DNA of 64,000 nt, from positions 1,242 through 65,241 of the forward strand of contig CAMZHX010000013.1 in NCBI GenBank assembly GCA_947307055.1, read 5' to 3'. This document shows positions 30,128-39,362 of the stretch, piece by piece. A model generated the notes under the pieces. It ran no database searches and had not been told where the DNA came from. It saw nothing but the letters and a program-made list of their open reading frames with translations. Numbering within the stretch: position 1 is the stretch's first letter; every line of letters starts with the position of its first letter. This stretch comes from an uncultured Selenomonadales bacterium. GTDB lineage: Bacteria; Bacillota; Negativicutes; Selenomonadales; Selenomonadaceae. Position numbers and translations under genes: made by a program.

Positions 30128-30807
30128 GAAAAATTTTTAAAAACGATTGGGCGGAGCTTTTGGACGACGAATTGAACGAGCCGTATTATCAGGAGCTACG
30201 CAAATTTTTAATCGACGAGTACAGCACAAAGCAAATCTTCCCGAACATGTACGACATTTTTAACGCGCTGCACTTCACGAGCTACGCCGATACAAAAGTC
30301 GTGATTTTGGGGCAAGACCCGTATCACGAACCGGGGCAGGCGCATGGCTTAAGCTTTTCGGTTTTGCCGGACGTCCCGCCGCCGCCGTCGCTGATAAATA
30401 TTTTTAAGGAGTTGCGCGACGATTTGGGTTGCTTTATCCCGAATAACGGTTGCCTCAAGCCTTGGGCGGAACAGGGCGTTTTGCTCCTCAATGCCGTCTT
30501 GACGGTCAGGGCGCACGCGGCTAATTCTCATCGCGGACACGGTTGGGAAATTTTCACCGACAAAATTATCCGCCTACTTAACGACCACGAACGCCCACTT
30601 GCATTTATTTTATGGGGGCGACCTGCGCGGAGTAAGAAAAATATGATAACGAACCCGCGCCATTTTATAGTTGAATCGGCGCACCCTAGCCCGTTATCGG
30701 CGAGCGGCGGATTTTTCGGGAGCCGTCCATTTTCTCGCGTCAACAAATTTCTCGAATCAATCGGCGAAACCCCTATCGATTGGCAAATACCAAACTGCAA
30801 TGCGTAA
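30124..30807 (+). CDS. ung: uracil-DNA glycosylase (family 1)
   Basis: Motifs [27 protein letters not shown] and HPSPLSA are present. The ATG overlaps the folK-folA stop (ATGA). Confidence 0.95.
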   Translation: MRKIFKNDWAELLDDELNEPYYQELRKFLIDEYSTKQIFPNMYDIFNALHFTSYADTKVVILGQDPYHEPGQAHGLSFSVLPDVPPPPSLINIFKELRDDLGCFIPNNGCLKPWAEQGVLLLNAVLTVRAHAANSHRGHGWEIFTDKIIRLLNDHERPLAFILWGRPARSKKNMITNPRHFIVESAHPSPLSASGGFFGSRPFSRVNKFLESIGETPIDWQIPNCNA

Positions 30808-30860
30808 TGCGCAATGATTTTGTTTTTTAATTACGCATTAGGCATTGCGCATTCCTAATT
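30797..30860. repeat. heptamer-built palindromic element, flavour B (TAATGCG-type)
   Basis: gcaatgcgtaatgcgcaatg, then a loop, then ttacgcattaggcattgcgcattcctaatt. The ung stop codon lies inside the left arm. Confidence 0.75.
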
Positions 30861-30882
30861 GCTTTTGAAAGGAGCCGCCCTC

Positions 30883-31257
30883 ATGAAGAAAAATATTTCA
30901 ATCGGATTGCTCGTGCTCATGATTCTAACGAACGTCTACTTGATTTGGCGCGTCAACTCAAACACTATGGCGATAGCCTCTTACGACGCGGGCATCTCGC
31001 AACGGACCGGCGTTGGCAAGCTCGAAACTTTTTGGACAAAATATATCGGCGGCTCGAAAAATTCCGCCACGACCTACGAGGACAGACTAAACGCCGAAGA
31101 CGATAGCACTTACTCAATTATCGCGCTCTTCGTCCTCGATGCTATTTTTGTCGCCGTGCTTTTCAAACTAAATCAGAAACCTAAGGCCACCGGAGTAAAA
31201 ATCACTGCTGACGAAGAATGGGAAAGGGAACGTCGCTCGCGTAGGCGGCGCAGATAA
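30883..31257 (+). CDS. small two-TM membrane protein with a poly-Arg C-terminus (unknown function)
   Basis: ATG 30883 follows AAAGGAG. Hydrophobic segments are ISIGLLVLMILTNVYLIW and IIALFVLDAIFVAVLF, and the protein ends ERERRSRRRRR. Confidence 0.55.
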   Translation: MKKNISIGLLVLMILTNVYLIWRVNSNTMAIASYDAGISQRTGVGKLETFWTKYIGGSKNSATTYEDRLNAEDDSTYSIIALFVLDAIFVAVLFKLNQKPKATGVKITADEEWERERRSRRRRR

Positions 31258-31258
31258 T

Positions 31259-31852
31259 TTAAGAATCAAAGTCGCGGCAGTAGCGTCGAATCTCGCCGAG
31301 CTTAGAATAAAGATTTTTGCCGGGACAGCTCGTGTCGTTCAAATCCCTGTGACCGACTATCACGCCGTCTTTCATCGGATTGAGCTTGTACTTTTGACAA
31401 AGCCACGCCGTCAAAAGTTTCAAGGAATCCATTTGCGCGGACTTAATCTTTGCAACTTCAAAATTCCCAGCGACGCATATCCCGACAGAATTTTTATTGT
31501 GGTGGTAAGAGTGCGCCCCGACCATTTGCGGACGCCGCCCCTGCTCAATCCTGCCGTCCTTGCGAATCACGTAATGATAGCCGATGCCCGCCCAGCCGTT
31601 TACCTCCTGATGAAATTTATGGATTTCTTCGGCGGAGGAATCTTTATCGCCGTCTGGAAAGCCCGCGTGATGTATCACAATCATTTCAGTTGACGGGCGC
31701 ACCTCGTATTCGGTGAACTGCAAAAATAATTTTCTTATCGGCGGCTCCCACGTCTCCAAGATGTAGGCGGCCGCTTTTTCGTCGCGCAAAAATATTCCCG
31801 CCGCACTCATTGCTAACACTCTCAAAAAATTTCTCCTGTCCATAACTGTCAC
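31259..31852 (-). CDS. Tat-exported N-acetylmuramoyl-L-alanine amidase (Amidase_2/PGRP type)
   Basis: Twin-arginine signal MDRRNFLRVLAMSAAG. Motifs IVIHHAG, GWAGIGYHYVI, VGAHSYHHN and GHRDLNDTSCPG are present. Confidence 0.85.
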   Translation of the reverse strand: MTVMDRRNFLRVLAMSAAGIFLRDEKAAAYILETWEPPIRKLFLQFTEYEVRPSTEMIVIHHAGFPDGDKDSSAEEIHKFHQEVNGWAGIGYHYVIRKDGRIEQGRRPQMVGAHSYHHNKNSVGICVAGNFEVAKIKSAQMDSLKLLTAWLCQKYKLNPMKDGVIVGHRDLNDTSCPGKNLYSKLGEIRRYCRDFDS

Positions 31853-31918
31853 CTCAAATCCATTATATCAAAAAATCCCGCCGTTTTCGACGGGAGTTAC
31901 TTTTAAAAAGTTGTCGCA

Positions 31919-34900
31919 TTATTTCTTAACGAGGCTACTTGAACCGAGTTTGTAATTGACGTTATTGACATTGAAAGTCGTCGCGCTGAAGTTTTTCAAG
32001 GTAATTGCGTTGGCGGTCGAGCCGACTTTGAAATAAACTTCCTTCTTCGAGCTGTTGTAATTGGTCGTGAACGCGCCCGTAATTTTCAACAGGTCGTCGT
32101 TGGCGAAGTTATAAATAATGTCTTTGCCGTCGCCGTCCGCGTAAAGGAAAGTGTCTTTGCCGGCGTCGCCCCACAGGCTGTCGTTACCCTTGCCGCCCGA
32201 AAGGGTATCAGCACCCGCGCCGCCCTTCAAAATGTCGTTGCCCGCGTCGCCGAATAAAGAATCATTGCCCGCGTTGCCCAAAATTGAATCATTGCCCGCG
32301 CCGCCGTAAATCGTGTCCTTATTCGAGCCGCCGCTGATTGTGTTAGCCAAGTCGTTGCCCGTGATTTTAGCTACTTTGGTGCGCTTCGAGGCGTTGATAG
32401 TTTTAATCGTCAAGCTTGCAGTTATGGGAGAGGTCGTCGAGTCGGTGACGGTCGAAAGCGTTACAGCCGTCCCGCTGATGTTCAAATCTGATAAAGCCGT
32501 CGCGCCCGCCAAAGTTACTTTGCCTTTGCCGACTGTAACGACCATATCCGCGCCGCTCTTGACCATAGAATAACTATCGCCCGAAATTTTCAGCGTGGAC
32601 GAGTCGTTGAAGCCTTCGACAAGGTCGTTACCGTCGCCCGACTTGTAGACAAGCAGATTGTCTTCGGCGTCTTCGCCCAAGCTGATTAAGTCGTCGCCGG
32701 TGCCGCCGTTGATTGTGACTTCCGAGCCGTCGTTGTAAATGTAATCGTGACCCGCGCCGCCCGCGACCGTTACGCCCGACGCAAAGTCCGTGTTATAAAT
32801 TTCGTCGTTGCCATCGCCGCCCTTGATTGAAACTTCATTTGCTCCGGCGTTCAAAATATAATCATCGCCCTTGCCCGCGTCGACAGTCACAACGTCGCCC
32901 TCGTTGGAAATGTAATTGCTGTTGGCATTGCCCTTGATAACTTTTTCGCTCTCGTCGTTGTAAGTGCTCGTGACCTTTGCAAACTTACTCGTCGCCGCGA
33001 CAATGTTTACTTTCTGCGAGCGGTAATTCCTAAGCGTCAAAGTATTTTTGTTGCTGAGATTCAATTTGACATTGCCGCCGGATTTGACGGAAGAACTAAC
33101 CTTGACGCCGCCCAAGTAAAGCCCGTTGATATATCCGAAGTTGTCAAGGGTATCATTGCCCGCGCTGTAGACGTAGGCCGCATTGATTCCGTCGGCGCGA
33201 ACAACTTTATCATTACCTGCGCCACCCGCGACAGTCACGTTATAGCCGTCGACTAAGACATAATCTTTACCCGCGCCACCGTCGATTGAAACGTTATTGC
33301 CGCTGTTCGTGACAGTATCATTACCCGCGCCGCCCGCGATTGTGACTGTGTTGCCGGTGTTAATGATTCTGTCGTTATTCGCGCCCGCGTCAATGAAAGT
33401 AGTTGCGCCGCTGTTGGTGATTGAATCGTTGCCGCCCGCGCCGAGTATCGTCGAAGTTGAGCCGCTGTTTGTGATTACGTCCTTACTTAAGCCGCCATTG
33501 ATTGAAACTTTCGCGCCGCTGTTTGAAATGGTGTCGATGCTATTGCCGCCGCCGATTGTGACTCTTGCGGCCGTGTTAGTTATGGAGTCGCTACCCGTGT
33601 CGCCTTCTATGCTGACATCCGCGCCGCCGTTTGTGATTTTGTCGTTGCCTGCGAGCGCGTCAATATTTACATTGGCAAGGTTGCTTGTCATAATGTCGTT
33701 GCCGGTCGTGCCCAAAAGTTTGACAGTAATTTTCTTTTTGTCTTTGTCGATTAGGTTGAAAGTGCTACTGCTCGCGGCGTTTTTGACTGTGGCGGCGTAA
33801 TTGCCGACCGTCAAGATGATGTCCGAATTTTGCAAGACTGCTTTGCTGACTGTGCCCGACATAATTTGGAGCGTCGAGTTGGCTTTGAAACCTTGAATGA
33901 AATCGTTGCCGCCGCTGTATTGGATTAAAACGTTGTCGCCGCTGTTCGTGATTGAGTCGTTGCCCGTGCCGCCCTCGATTGTCGCGTTATTGCCGCTACT
34001 TTGAATGATGTCATTATCCGCGCCGCCGCTGATTGAAACTTTCGTGCCTGTGCTCGTAATGGTATCGTTGCCGTCTTCGCCCGTGATTGAGACGCTCGCA
34101 CCGCTGTTGGAAATATAATCTGCACCTGCCCCGCCGTAAACTTTTACAGTTGCGCCCGTGTTTGAAACAGTATCGTCACCCGTCCACGCGGTGATTGTCG
34201 CTGTGTTGTTTTTGTTCGTGACTAAGTCGTTACCCGCGCCCGCATGAATCGAAACTTTGGAGCCGGTATTAGTTATGGTGTCGTTATCGTTGCCGCCCGT
34301 GATTGTGACTTCCTTGCCGCTGCTCGTTACGCAATCTTTGCCCGCGCCCAAAGTTATCTTGACTTTTGCGCCGCTGTTCGAGACCGTATCATCTCCTTCG
34401 CCGCCGTTTATTGTAATGGTTGAGCCGTTGTTGGCAATGTAATCTTTCTCTCTGCCGCCGCTGATTGTGACTTTGTTGCCGCTGTTTGAAATGGTATTCT
34501 CGCCGAACCAGCCGCAAGCTATCGAGACGTTGTAACCTTCGTTGCGAATGTAATTGTTGCCGTCGCCTGCGTCTATCGTGACGCTGTTGCCCGCGCCGTT
34601 TGCAACGGAATCTCCTGCCGCGCCGCCGTCGTTGTAAATGGTATCATCGCCCTCACCGCCGAGGATTGTCACCTTGTAATTGAGGCGATTACGAATTGAG
34701 TCGTTGCCCGCGCCGCCGTTTATTGAAAGGTAGTTTCCTATGCCGTAAATAATATCATTGCCGTTGCCGCCGTCTACAGTGGAGTTATCGGGCGAATTAT
34801 AAGCTTCCGTTTGCCCGGTTTTACCGTTTATCCTTGTATATGCTCTCAATCTTATATAATCGTCCCCGTCGCCCGCATTGATTGAGACATTTGAACTTAA

Positions 34901-35776
34901 AACGTTTTCAATGGTATCGTCGCCCGCGCCCGCATTGATATGAGAGTTTGCATTGTTGTAATTATAAATTGAATCGTTGCCCGAGCCCGCCGTGATTGTC
35001 ACGTTTTCACCGCTGCTCGAAACGGTATTATTGCCTGCGCCTGTGTTGATATTTGAACTCGTACCGCCGCTTGAAATGTAATCATTGCCGTCGCCAGCGT
35101 CGATTATCACGTTGTCGCCGCTGTTGTAAATGTGATCATCTCCTGCGCCTGCGTTGATATTTGAACTCGTTCCGAAATTGTCGTTGCTAATAGAATCGTT
35201 GCCGTCGCCCGCTGTGATTGTGACTTGTGGGCTGCCGTTGTCAATGGTATCGTCGCCTGCGCCCAAATTGATATTGGAGTTTGCGCCCCAGTTGTGAATA
35301 GAATCGTTGCCCGCGCTCAAATTGATATTGGAGTTTGCGCCGGTGTTGCCAATGTAATCATCACCCGCGCCCGCGTTGATATTAGAGTTCGCGCCATTGT
35401 TGTAAATGGTATCGTTTTTTGAGCCGCCGGTGATATTCGCGCCGCTACCCGAAACCGTCGGGTGGTTGCCGTTGACATAAGTATATTCCCACTCCCAATA
35501 GGAGTAAGTTTGTTCTACCCAGTTTCCGTCACTATCCCTAACGCTGTAAGAACCGGTGCGGCTAACTTTTTTCTTAGGGTGATCCCAATATTTTTCTCCG
35601 GTATAATTGTACCAACGCCCTGTATCATAATTATAGCCTACATACTCGCTGTATTGTTCCATGACGTAATTATAAGTTTGGTTGCCATAGGTTTGGTTAT
35701 ATATAACCATTCTGCCGTCGTCGTAAATTGTCCTTTTCCAGCACTGCGAGCCGACGTAATCTGTTGTAGTCGCCAT
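31919..35776 (-). CDS. large RTX/beta-roll repeat protein (Ca2+-binding, probable secreted or surface protein)
   Basis: 1285 aa from ATG 35776 (AAGGTG 7 nt upstream). It has a Tyr/Trp-rich N-terminal ~130 aa, then dozens of ~18-20-aa units (G.G.D.I.N.G.NV.I). Classical nonapeptides GGAGNDSILGNAGNDSLFGDAGNDILKGGAGADTLSGGKGNDSLWGDAGKD sit near the C-terminus. No N-terminal signal peptide. Confidence 0.85.
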   Translation of the reverse strand: MATTTDYVGSQCWKRTIYDDGRMVIYNQTYGNQTYNYVMEQYSEYVGYNYDTGRWYNYTGEKYWDHPKKKVSRTGSYSVRDSDGNWVEQTYSYWEWEYTYVNGNHPTVSGSGANITGGSKNDTIYNNGANSNINAGAGDDYIGNTGANSNINLSAGNDSIHNWGANSNINLGAGDDTIDNGSPQVTITAGDGNDSISNDNFGTSSNINAGAGDDHIYNSGDNVIIDAGDGNDYISSGGTSSNINTGAGNNTVSSSGENVTITAGSGNDSIYNYNNANSHINAGAGDDTIENVLSSNVSINAGDGDDYIRLRAYTRINGKTGQTEAYNSPDNSTVDGGNGNDIIYGIGNYLSINGGAGNDSIRNRLNYKVTILGGEGDDTIYNDGGAAGDSVANGAGNSVTIDAGDGNNYIRNEGYNVSIACGWFGENTISNSGNKVTISGGREKDYIANNGSTITINGGEGDDTVSNSGAKVKITLGAGKDCVTSSGKEVTITGGNDNDTITNTGSKVSIHAGAGNDLVTNKNNTATITAWTGDDTVSNTGATVKVYGGAGADYISNSGASVSITGEDGNDTITSTGTKVSISGGADNDIIQSSGNNATIEGGTGNDSITNSGDNVLIQYSGGNDFIQGFKANSTLQIMSGTVSKAVLQNSDIILTVGNYAATVKNAASSSTFNLIDKDKKKITVKLLGTTGNDIMTSNLANVNIDALAGNDKITNGGADVSIEGDTGSDSITNTAARVTIGGGNSIDTISNSGAKVSINGGLSKDVITNSGSTSTILGAGGNDSITNSGATTFIDAGANNDRIINTGNTVTIAGGAGNDTVTNSGNNVSIDGGAGKDYVLVDGYNVTVAGGAGNDKVVRADGINAAYVYSAGNDTLDNFGYINGLYLGGVKVSSSVKSGGNVKLNLSNKNTLTLRNYRSQKVNIVAATSKFAKVTSTYNDESEKVIKGNANSNYISNEGDVVTVDAGKGDDYILNAGANEVSIKGGDGNDEIYNTDFASGVTVAGGAGHDYIYNDGSEVTINGGTGDDLISLGEDAEDNLLVYKSGDGNDLVEGFNDSSTLKISGDSYSMVKSGADMVVTVGKGKVTLAGATALSDLNISGTAVTLSTVTDSTTSPITASLTIKTINASKRTKVAKITGNDLANTISGGSNKDTIYGGAGNDSILGNAGNDSLFGDAGNDILKGGAGADTLSGGKGNDSLWGDAGKDTFLYADGDGKDIIYNFANDDLLKITGAFTTNYNSSKKEVYFKVGSTANAITLKNFSATTFNVNNVNYKLGSSSLVKK

Positions 35777-35865
35777 GACAATCACCTTTCTTTCTAAAAA
35801 AAACGAAAACTTTTCTTCCTTGAGTGGCAAGTTAGACACCGATAAAAAAAATCCTGCCGCATTCT

Positions 35866-36432
35866 TCAATTATTTTTAAAGTTTATTCCTGCTGATTGAG
35901 CGAGTTTTCTAAGGCGATAGACTGGCAAGCCGACGACATTCGACCAATCGCCGTGAATTTTCTCTATGAATTTAGTTGCGCCACCCTGCAAAGCATACGA
36001 ACCCGATTTATCGAGCGGTTCGCCGGTTGCGACGTAATCTTTTATTTCTTGCGCGGTCATTTCACCGAAAAAAACTTGCGTAACGTCGTAATCAGTGAAA
36101 ATTTTCCCGCCCGCGCAAATTGCTAAGCCGGTGATGACTTCATGACATTTGCCTGCAAGTTCAGCCAACATTTTTTCCGCGCCTTCAACGCTACCTGGCT
36201 TGCCGAAAATTTTCCCGTTTAAAACGACGATTGTATCTGCGCCAATTACAATAGCGTTGGGATTTTTCGCGGCGATTGAACTTGCTTTAATTTTTGCGTT
36301 TTCGATTGCCAAATTTATTGGGCTAAGGTTGTCTTGAACCTCGACAGCGTCGCTGACTTCGATTTTAAAATTACTGCAAAGTTTCTTAAGGAGTTCGTGT
36401 CTGCGCGGCGAGCCTGAAGCTAGAATTATCAT
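35866..36432 (-). CDS. maf: Maf-like nucleoside triphosphate pyrophosphatase
   Basis: MIILASGSPRRHELL, GADTIV and KSGSYALQG motifs. GGAGG lies upstream. Confidence 0.9.
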   Translation of the reverse strand: MIILASGSPRRHELLKKLCSNFKIEVSDAVEVQDNLSPINLAIENAKIKASSIAAKNPNAIVIGADTIVVLNGKIFGKPGSVEGAEKMLAELAGKCHEVITGLAICAGGKIFTDYDVTQVFFGEMTAQEIKDYVATGEPLDKSGSYALQGGATKFIEKIHGDWSNVVGLPVYRLRKLAQSAGINFKNN

Positions 36433-36471
36433 TTAGTCGCCTCCAAATTTAGCTAGTACTTTTAAAACTTT

Positions 36472-37176
36472 TTAAGCATTGCGCATTTCTTGTAAAATTT
36501 TCTCTGCAGCTTCGCGAGGATTTTTAGCAGCTCGAATTGGTCTGCCGATAACTAAATGTGTTGCGCCGTTTTGAAGTGCCGCTGCCGGTGTCGAAATTCT
36601 CTGCTGGTCGTTGATGTTGGCTCCGGCAGGTCTTATGCCCGGCGTCACGATTAAAAAGTTTTCTCCGCAAGCCTCGCGAATCAATTTAGCTTCCTGCGGC
36701 GACGCGACTACCCCGTCAAGCCCTGCAGACTTAGCCAGCTTTGCGAACTCCGCGACTTGCTCCGAAATTTTCAACGCACCGCACCATTCTGATTGATTTA
36801 TGCTCGTCAAGACCGTTATAGCTATCAACTTTGGGCACTCGACGCCGCGCAGTTCGGATTCTCTGTGCAAAGCCTCAGCAGCAGTTTTCATCATCGTGAA
36901 GCCGCCCGACGCATGAACGTTTAAAATATTCGCGCCCAATCCCATTAACGAGCACAAGCCGCCCGCGACCGTGTTTGGTATGTCGTGCAGTTTCAAGTCG
37001 AGGAAAATTTTTTTGTCCTGCGCTTTGAGCCACTCGACGACGCCCGCCCCCACAGAATAAAAAAGTTCCATGCCGACTTTATAAAAGTTTACGCTGTCGC
37101 CTAGCTCCTCGACCAAATTTTTAACGTCGCTCATTTTGTGGAAATCCAACGCGACTATCAATCGTTCGTCCGCCAT
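36472..37176 (-). CDS. pyrF: orotidine 5'-phosphate decarboxylase
   Basis: Start at ATG 37176 (GGAGGTG SD). Motifs LIVALDF, FYKVGMELF, DLKLHDIPNT and VIGRPI are present. Confidence 0.93.
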   Translation of the reverse strand: MADERLIVALDFHKMSDVKNLVEELGDSVNFYKVGMELFYSVGAGVVEWLKAQDKKIFLDLKLHDIPNTVAGGLCSLMGLGANILNVHASGGFTMMKTAAEALHRESELRGVECPKLIAITVLTSINQSEWCGALKISEQVAEFAKLAKSAGLDGVVASPQEAKLIREACGENFLIVTPGIRPAGANINDQQRISTPAAALQNGATHLVIGRPIRAAKNPREAAEKILQEMRNA

Positions 37177-37237
37177 TTGTAACACCTCCGAAATTATTTC
37201 TTGAAAAATTCGGTGCAAAGCTTTAAAATCCTTTTTT

Positions 37238-37310
37238 AAGGGAAAAGGGAGATGGGAGAAGGGAGAAGTAGGGAAAAGACTTTTCCCATTTCCCTTTTCC
37301 CTTACCCCTT
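37238..37310. repeat. heptamer-built palindromic intergenic element, flavour A (GGGAAAW-type)
   Basis: aagggaaaagggagatgggagaagggagaagtagggaaaag-ac-ttttcccatttcccttttcccttacccctt. The centre GGGAAAAGaCTTTTCCC is shared with the copies at 16502 and 56558. Confidence 0.8.
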
Positions 37311-37329
37311 AAAAAGGAGTGATAATAAA

Positions 37330-38331
37330 ATGTGGCGCGGACTTTACACGGCGGCAACCGGCATGATTAGCGAACTAAAACGCACTGACGTTATCGCGAA
37401 CAACTTAGCCAACGCCGCAAATGCAGGTTACAAACGTGACGTAGCTATTCACAAAGAATTCCACAAGATGTTAATCAAACGCTACTACGACTTCAACGAG
37501 GGCAGTGCTTTGGGCGTGAGCGGTACGCCTTTAGGTTCAATGTCTAAGCTCAACACGTCGAAAAATGATGTCACTCAAATAAAGGGTTTCAGTGCCAATC
37601 CGTTTTACCGTCCCGGCATCGGCGAACTCGGCTTAGGTGATTACATTGACGAAATTGCCGTTGACTATCAACAGGGCGCGCTTGAGTCGACCGGCAACAC
37701 TTTCGACTTGGCGATTGTTGGCGACGGTTTCTTTGCCGTTCAAACTCCTCAAGGCGTCCGCTACACTCGCAACGGCGCGTTCTTTAAAAATACTCAAGGC
37801 TACTTGCAGGACATTCGCGGCTACAATCTCCTCGACACGCAAGGCAATCCGATTCGTATTCCGGATAACGTCCCCGATTCGCGAGTCTCCATAACCGGCG
37901 ACGGAATTATTTCTATTCCTGGTACCGAATTGCGCCTCGACCCGCAAACTAATCGTTGGGTTGCAATCGGCGATATGAATAATCATCAAACACTTGCGCA
38001 GATTCAATTTGTTGAATTCGGCAACCGCCTCGCCACTCAAAAGCAAGGCGATAATCTTTATTACCTCGTCAACGACAACGAAGGCAATCAACCTGCCGCG
38101 CAGGCCGTCGGGCAAAATATTCGAGAACGCATTATGAATCCAGACTTCCAACCGCGCCCCGCTTCCGGAGAAATTCTTCAAGGCTCGCTCGAAAAATCTA
38201 ACATGGCAATCGTAACTGAAATGGTTGAGCTGATTCACAATCACCGCATGTACGAGGCAAATGCTAAAGCCGTTCAGACGCAAGACGCTATGCTTGATAC
38301 GTCGGTCAATCAAATTGCAACGATTGGTTAA
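37330..38331 (+). CDS. flagellar basal-body rod protein (FlgG/FlgF family) with an enlarged central region
   Basis: N-terminal rod motif GLYTAATGMISELKRTDVIANNLANAANAGYKRD and C-terminal motif LEKSNMAIVTEMVELIHNHRMYEANAKAVQTQDAMLD. 333 aa from ATG 37330. Confidence 0.8.
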   Translation: MWRGLYTAATGMISELKRTDVIANNLANAANAGYKRDVAIHKEFHKMLIKRYYDFNEGSALGVSGTPLGSMSKLNTSKNDVTQIKGFSANPFYRPGIGELGLGDYIDEIAVDYQQGALESTGNTFDLAIVGDGFFAVQTPQGVRYTRNGAFFKNTQGYLQDIRGYNLLDTQGNPIRIPDNVPDSRVSITGDGIISIPGTELRLDPQTNRWVAIGDMNNHQTLAQIQFVEFGNRLATQKQGDNLYYLVNDNEGNQPAAQAVGQNIRERIMNPDFQPRPASGEILQGSLEKSNMAIVTEMVELIHNHRMYEANAKAVQTQDAMLDTSVNQIATIG

Positions 38332-38352
38332 TCGTCTAAAGGAAATTGAAGT

Positions 38353-39072
38353 ATGATTGAAATTAAAGGCTTAAAAAAATCTTTCGGGGACTTGCACGTT
38401 CTAAAGGGCATTGACTTGCACATTGACGAGCGCGAAGTCGTCGTAATAATCGGGCCGAGCGGTTCTGGCAAATCTACTCTCCTGCGCTGTATAAATTTTT
38501 TAGAGGAGCCGACCAGCGGAACTATCACCGTTGACGGAATCCCGATGGACAGCGACGCCAATATCAACAAGGTGCGCGAGGAAGTCGGCATGGTCTTCCA
38601 AAGATTTAATCTCTTCCCGCATATGACCGTTCTGCAAAATATCACGCTCGCGCCGATGAAAGTTCGCAAAATCGCCCGCTCGAAAGCCGAACAAACCGCG
38701 CAGGATTTACTAGACCGCGTAGGTTTAGGCGACAAGGCGGACGCTTACCCTAATCAGCTTAGCGGCGGGCAACAACAACGCGTCGCAATCGCTCGCGCCC
38801 TAGCTATGAATCCCAAAGTCATGCTGTTCGACGAACCAACTTCCGCGCTCGACCCTGAAATGGTCGGCGAAGTCCTCGACGTTATGCAACGCCTTGCTGA
38901 ATCCGGTATGACTATGATTATCGTTACGCACGAAATGGGCTTTGCTCGTGAAGTCGGCACGCGGCTTTTGTTCGTCGACGGCGGCTATATCGTTGAGCAG
39001 GGCAAACCTAAAGACGTTTTCGAGAACCCGAAGGAAGAACGCACCAAATTATTCCTGTCGAAAATTTTGTAA
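38353..39072 (+). CDS. polar amino-acid ABC transporter ATP-binding protein (GlnQ/ArtP type)
   Basis: Walker [10 protein letters not shown], signature [15 protein letters not shown], Walker [12 protein letters not shown]. No permease or binding-protein gene is adjacent. Confidence 0.93.
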   Translation: MIEIKGLKKSFGDLHVLKGIDLHIDEREVVVIIGPSGSGKSTLLRCINFLEEPTSGTITVDGIPMDSDANINKVREEVGMVFQRFNLFPHMTVLQNITLAPMKVRKIARSKAEQTAQDLLDRVGLGDKADAYPNQLSGGQQQRVAIARALAMNPKVMLFDEPTSALDPEMVGEVLDVMQRLAESGMTMIIVTHEMGFAREVGTRLLFVDGGYIVEQGKPKDVFENPKEERTKLFLSKIL

Positions 39073-39362
39073 TGAAATTTTCCAAGTAACGTATAAAAAA
39101 TGTAGGAAGATTTTACAAACCGCCGCGACAAGAAATTTTTATGAAATGCTTAACACGCACGGGAAATCTTTCGACAAATTTATAGACACCTTTTTAACGG
39201 GTCTTTGAAAACTAAATCGCCAATAAAAATCGTCTAAGCGTATCTTAACGAAAAATTTTCATTTAAGATATTGCGCTACAAGGTTTTTAGCTTTATAATG
39301 AGAATTAACATGGAAGTTTACAAGGAAGTTTTTCGGTTTATATGGAAAGGAGCGGATAACTA

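Noticed and set aside
35777-35869. Upstream extension of the RTX ORF to 35869, overlapping the maf stop
   Set aside because: ATG 35776 has an AAGGTG SD at the right distance. The extension (MKNAAGFFLSVSNLPLKEEKF...) has no support and overlaps maf.
38942-39208. 88-aa ORF spanning the end of the ABC ATPase gene and the upstream region of the giant gene
   Set aside because: It overlaps the well-supported glnQ-like CDS out of frame and has no SD. The 290-nt spacer more plausibly holds the giant gene's promoter (TTGCGC-17-TATAAT near 39271-39299) and leader.
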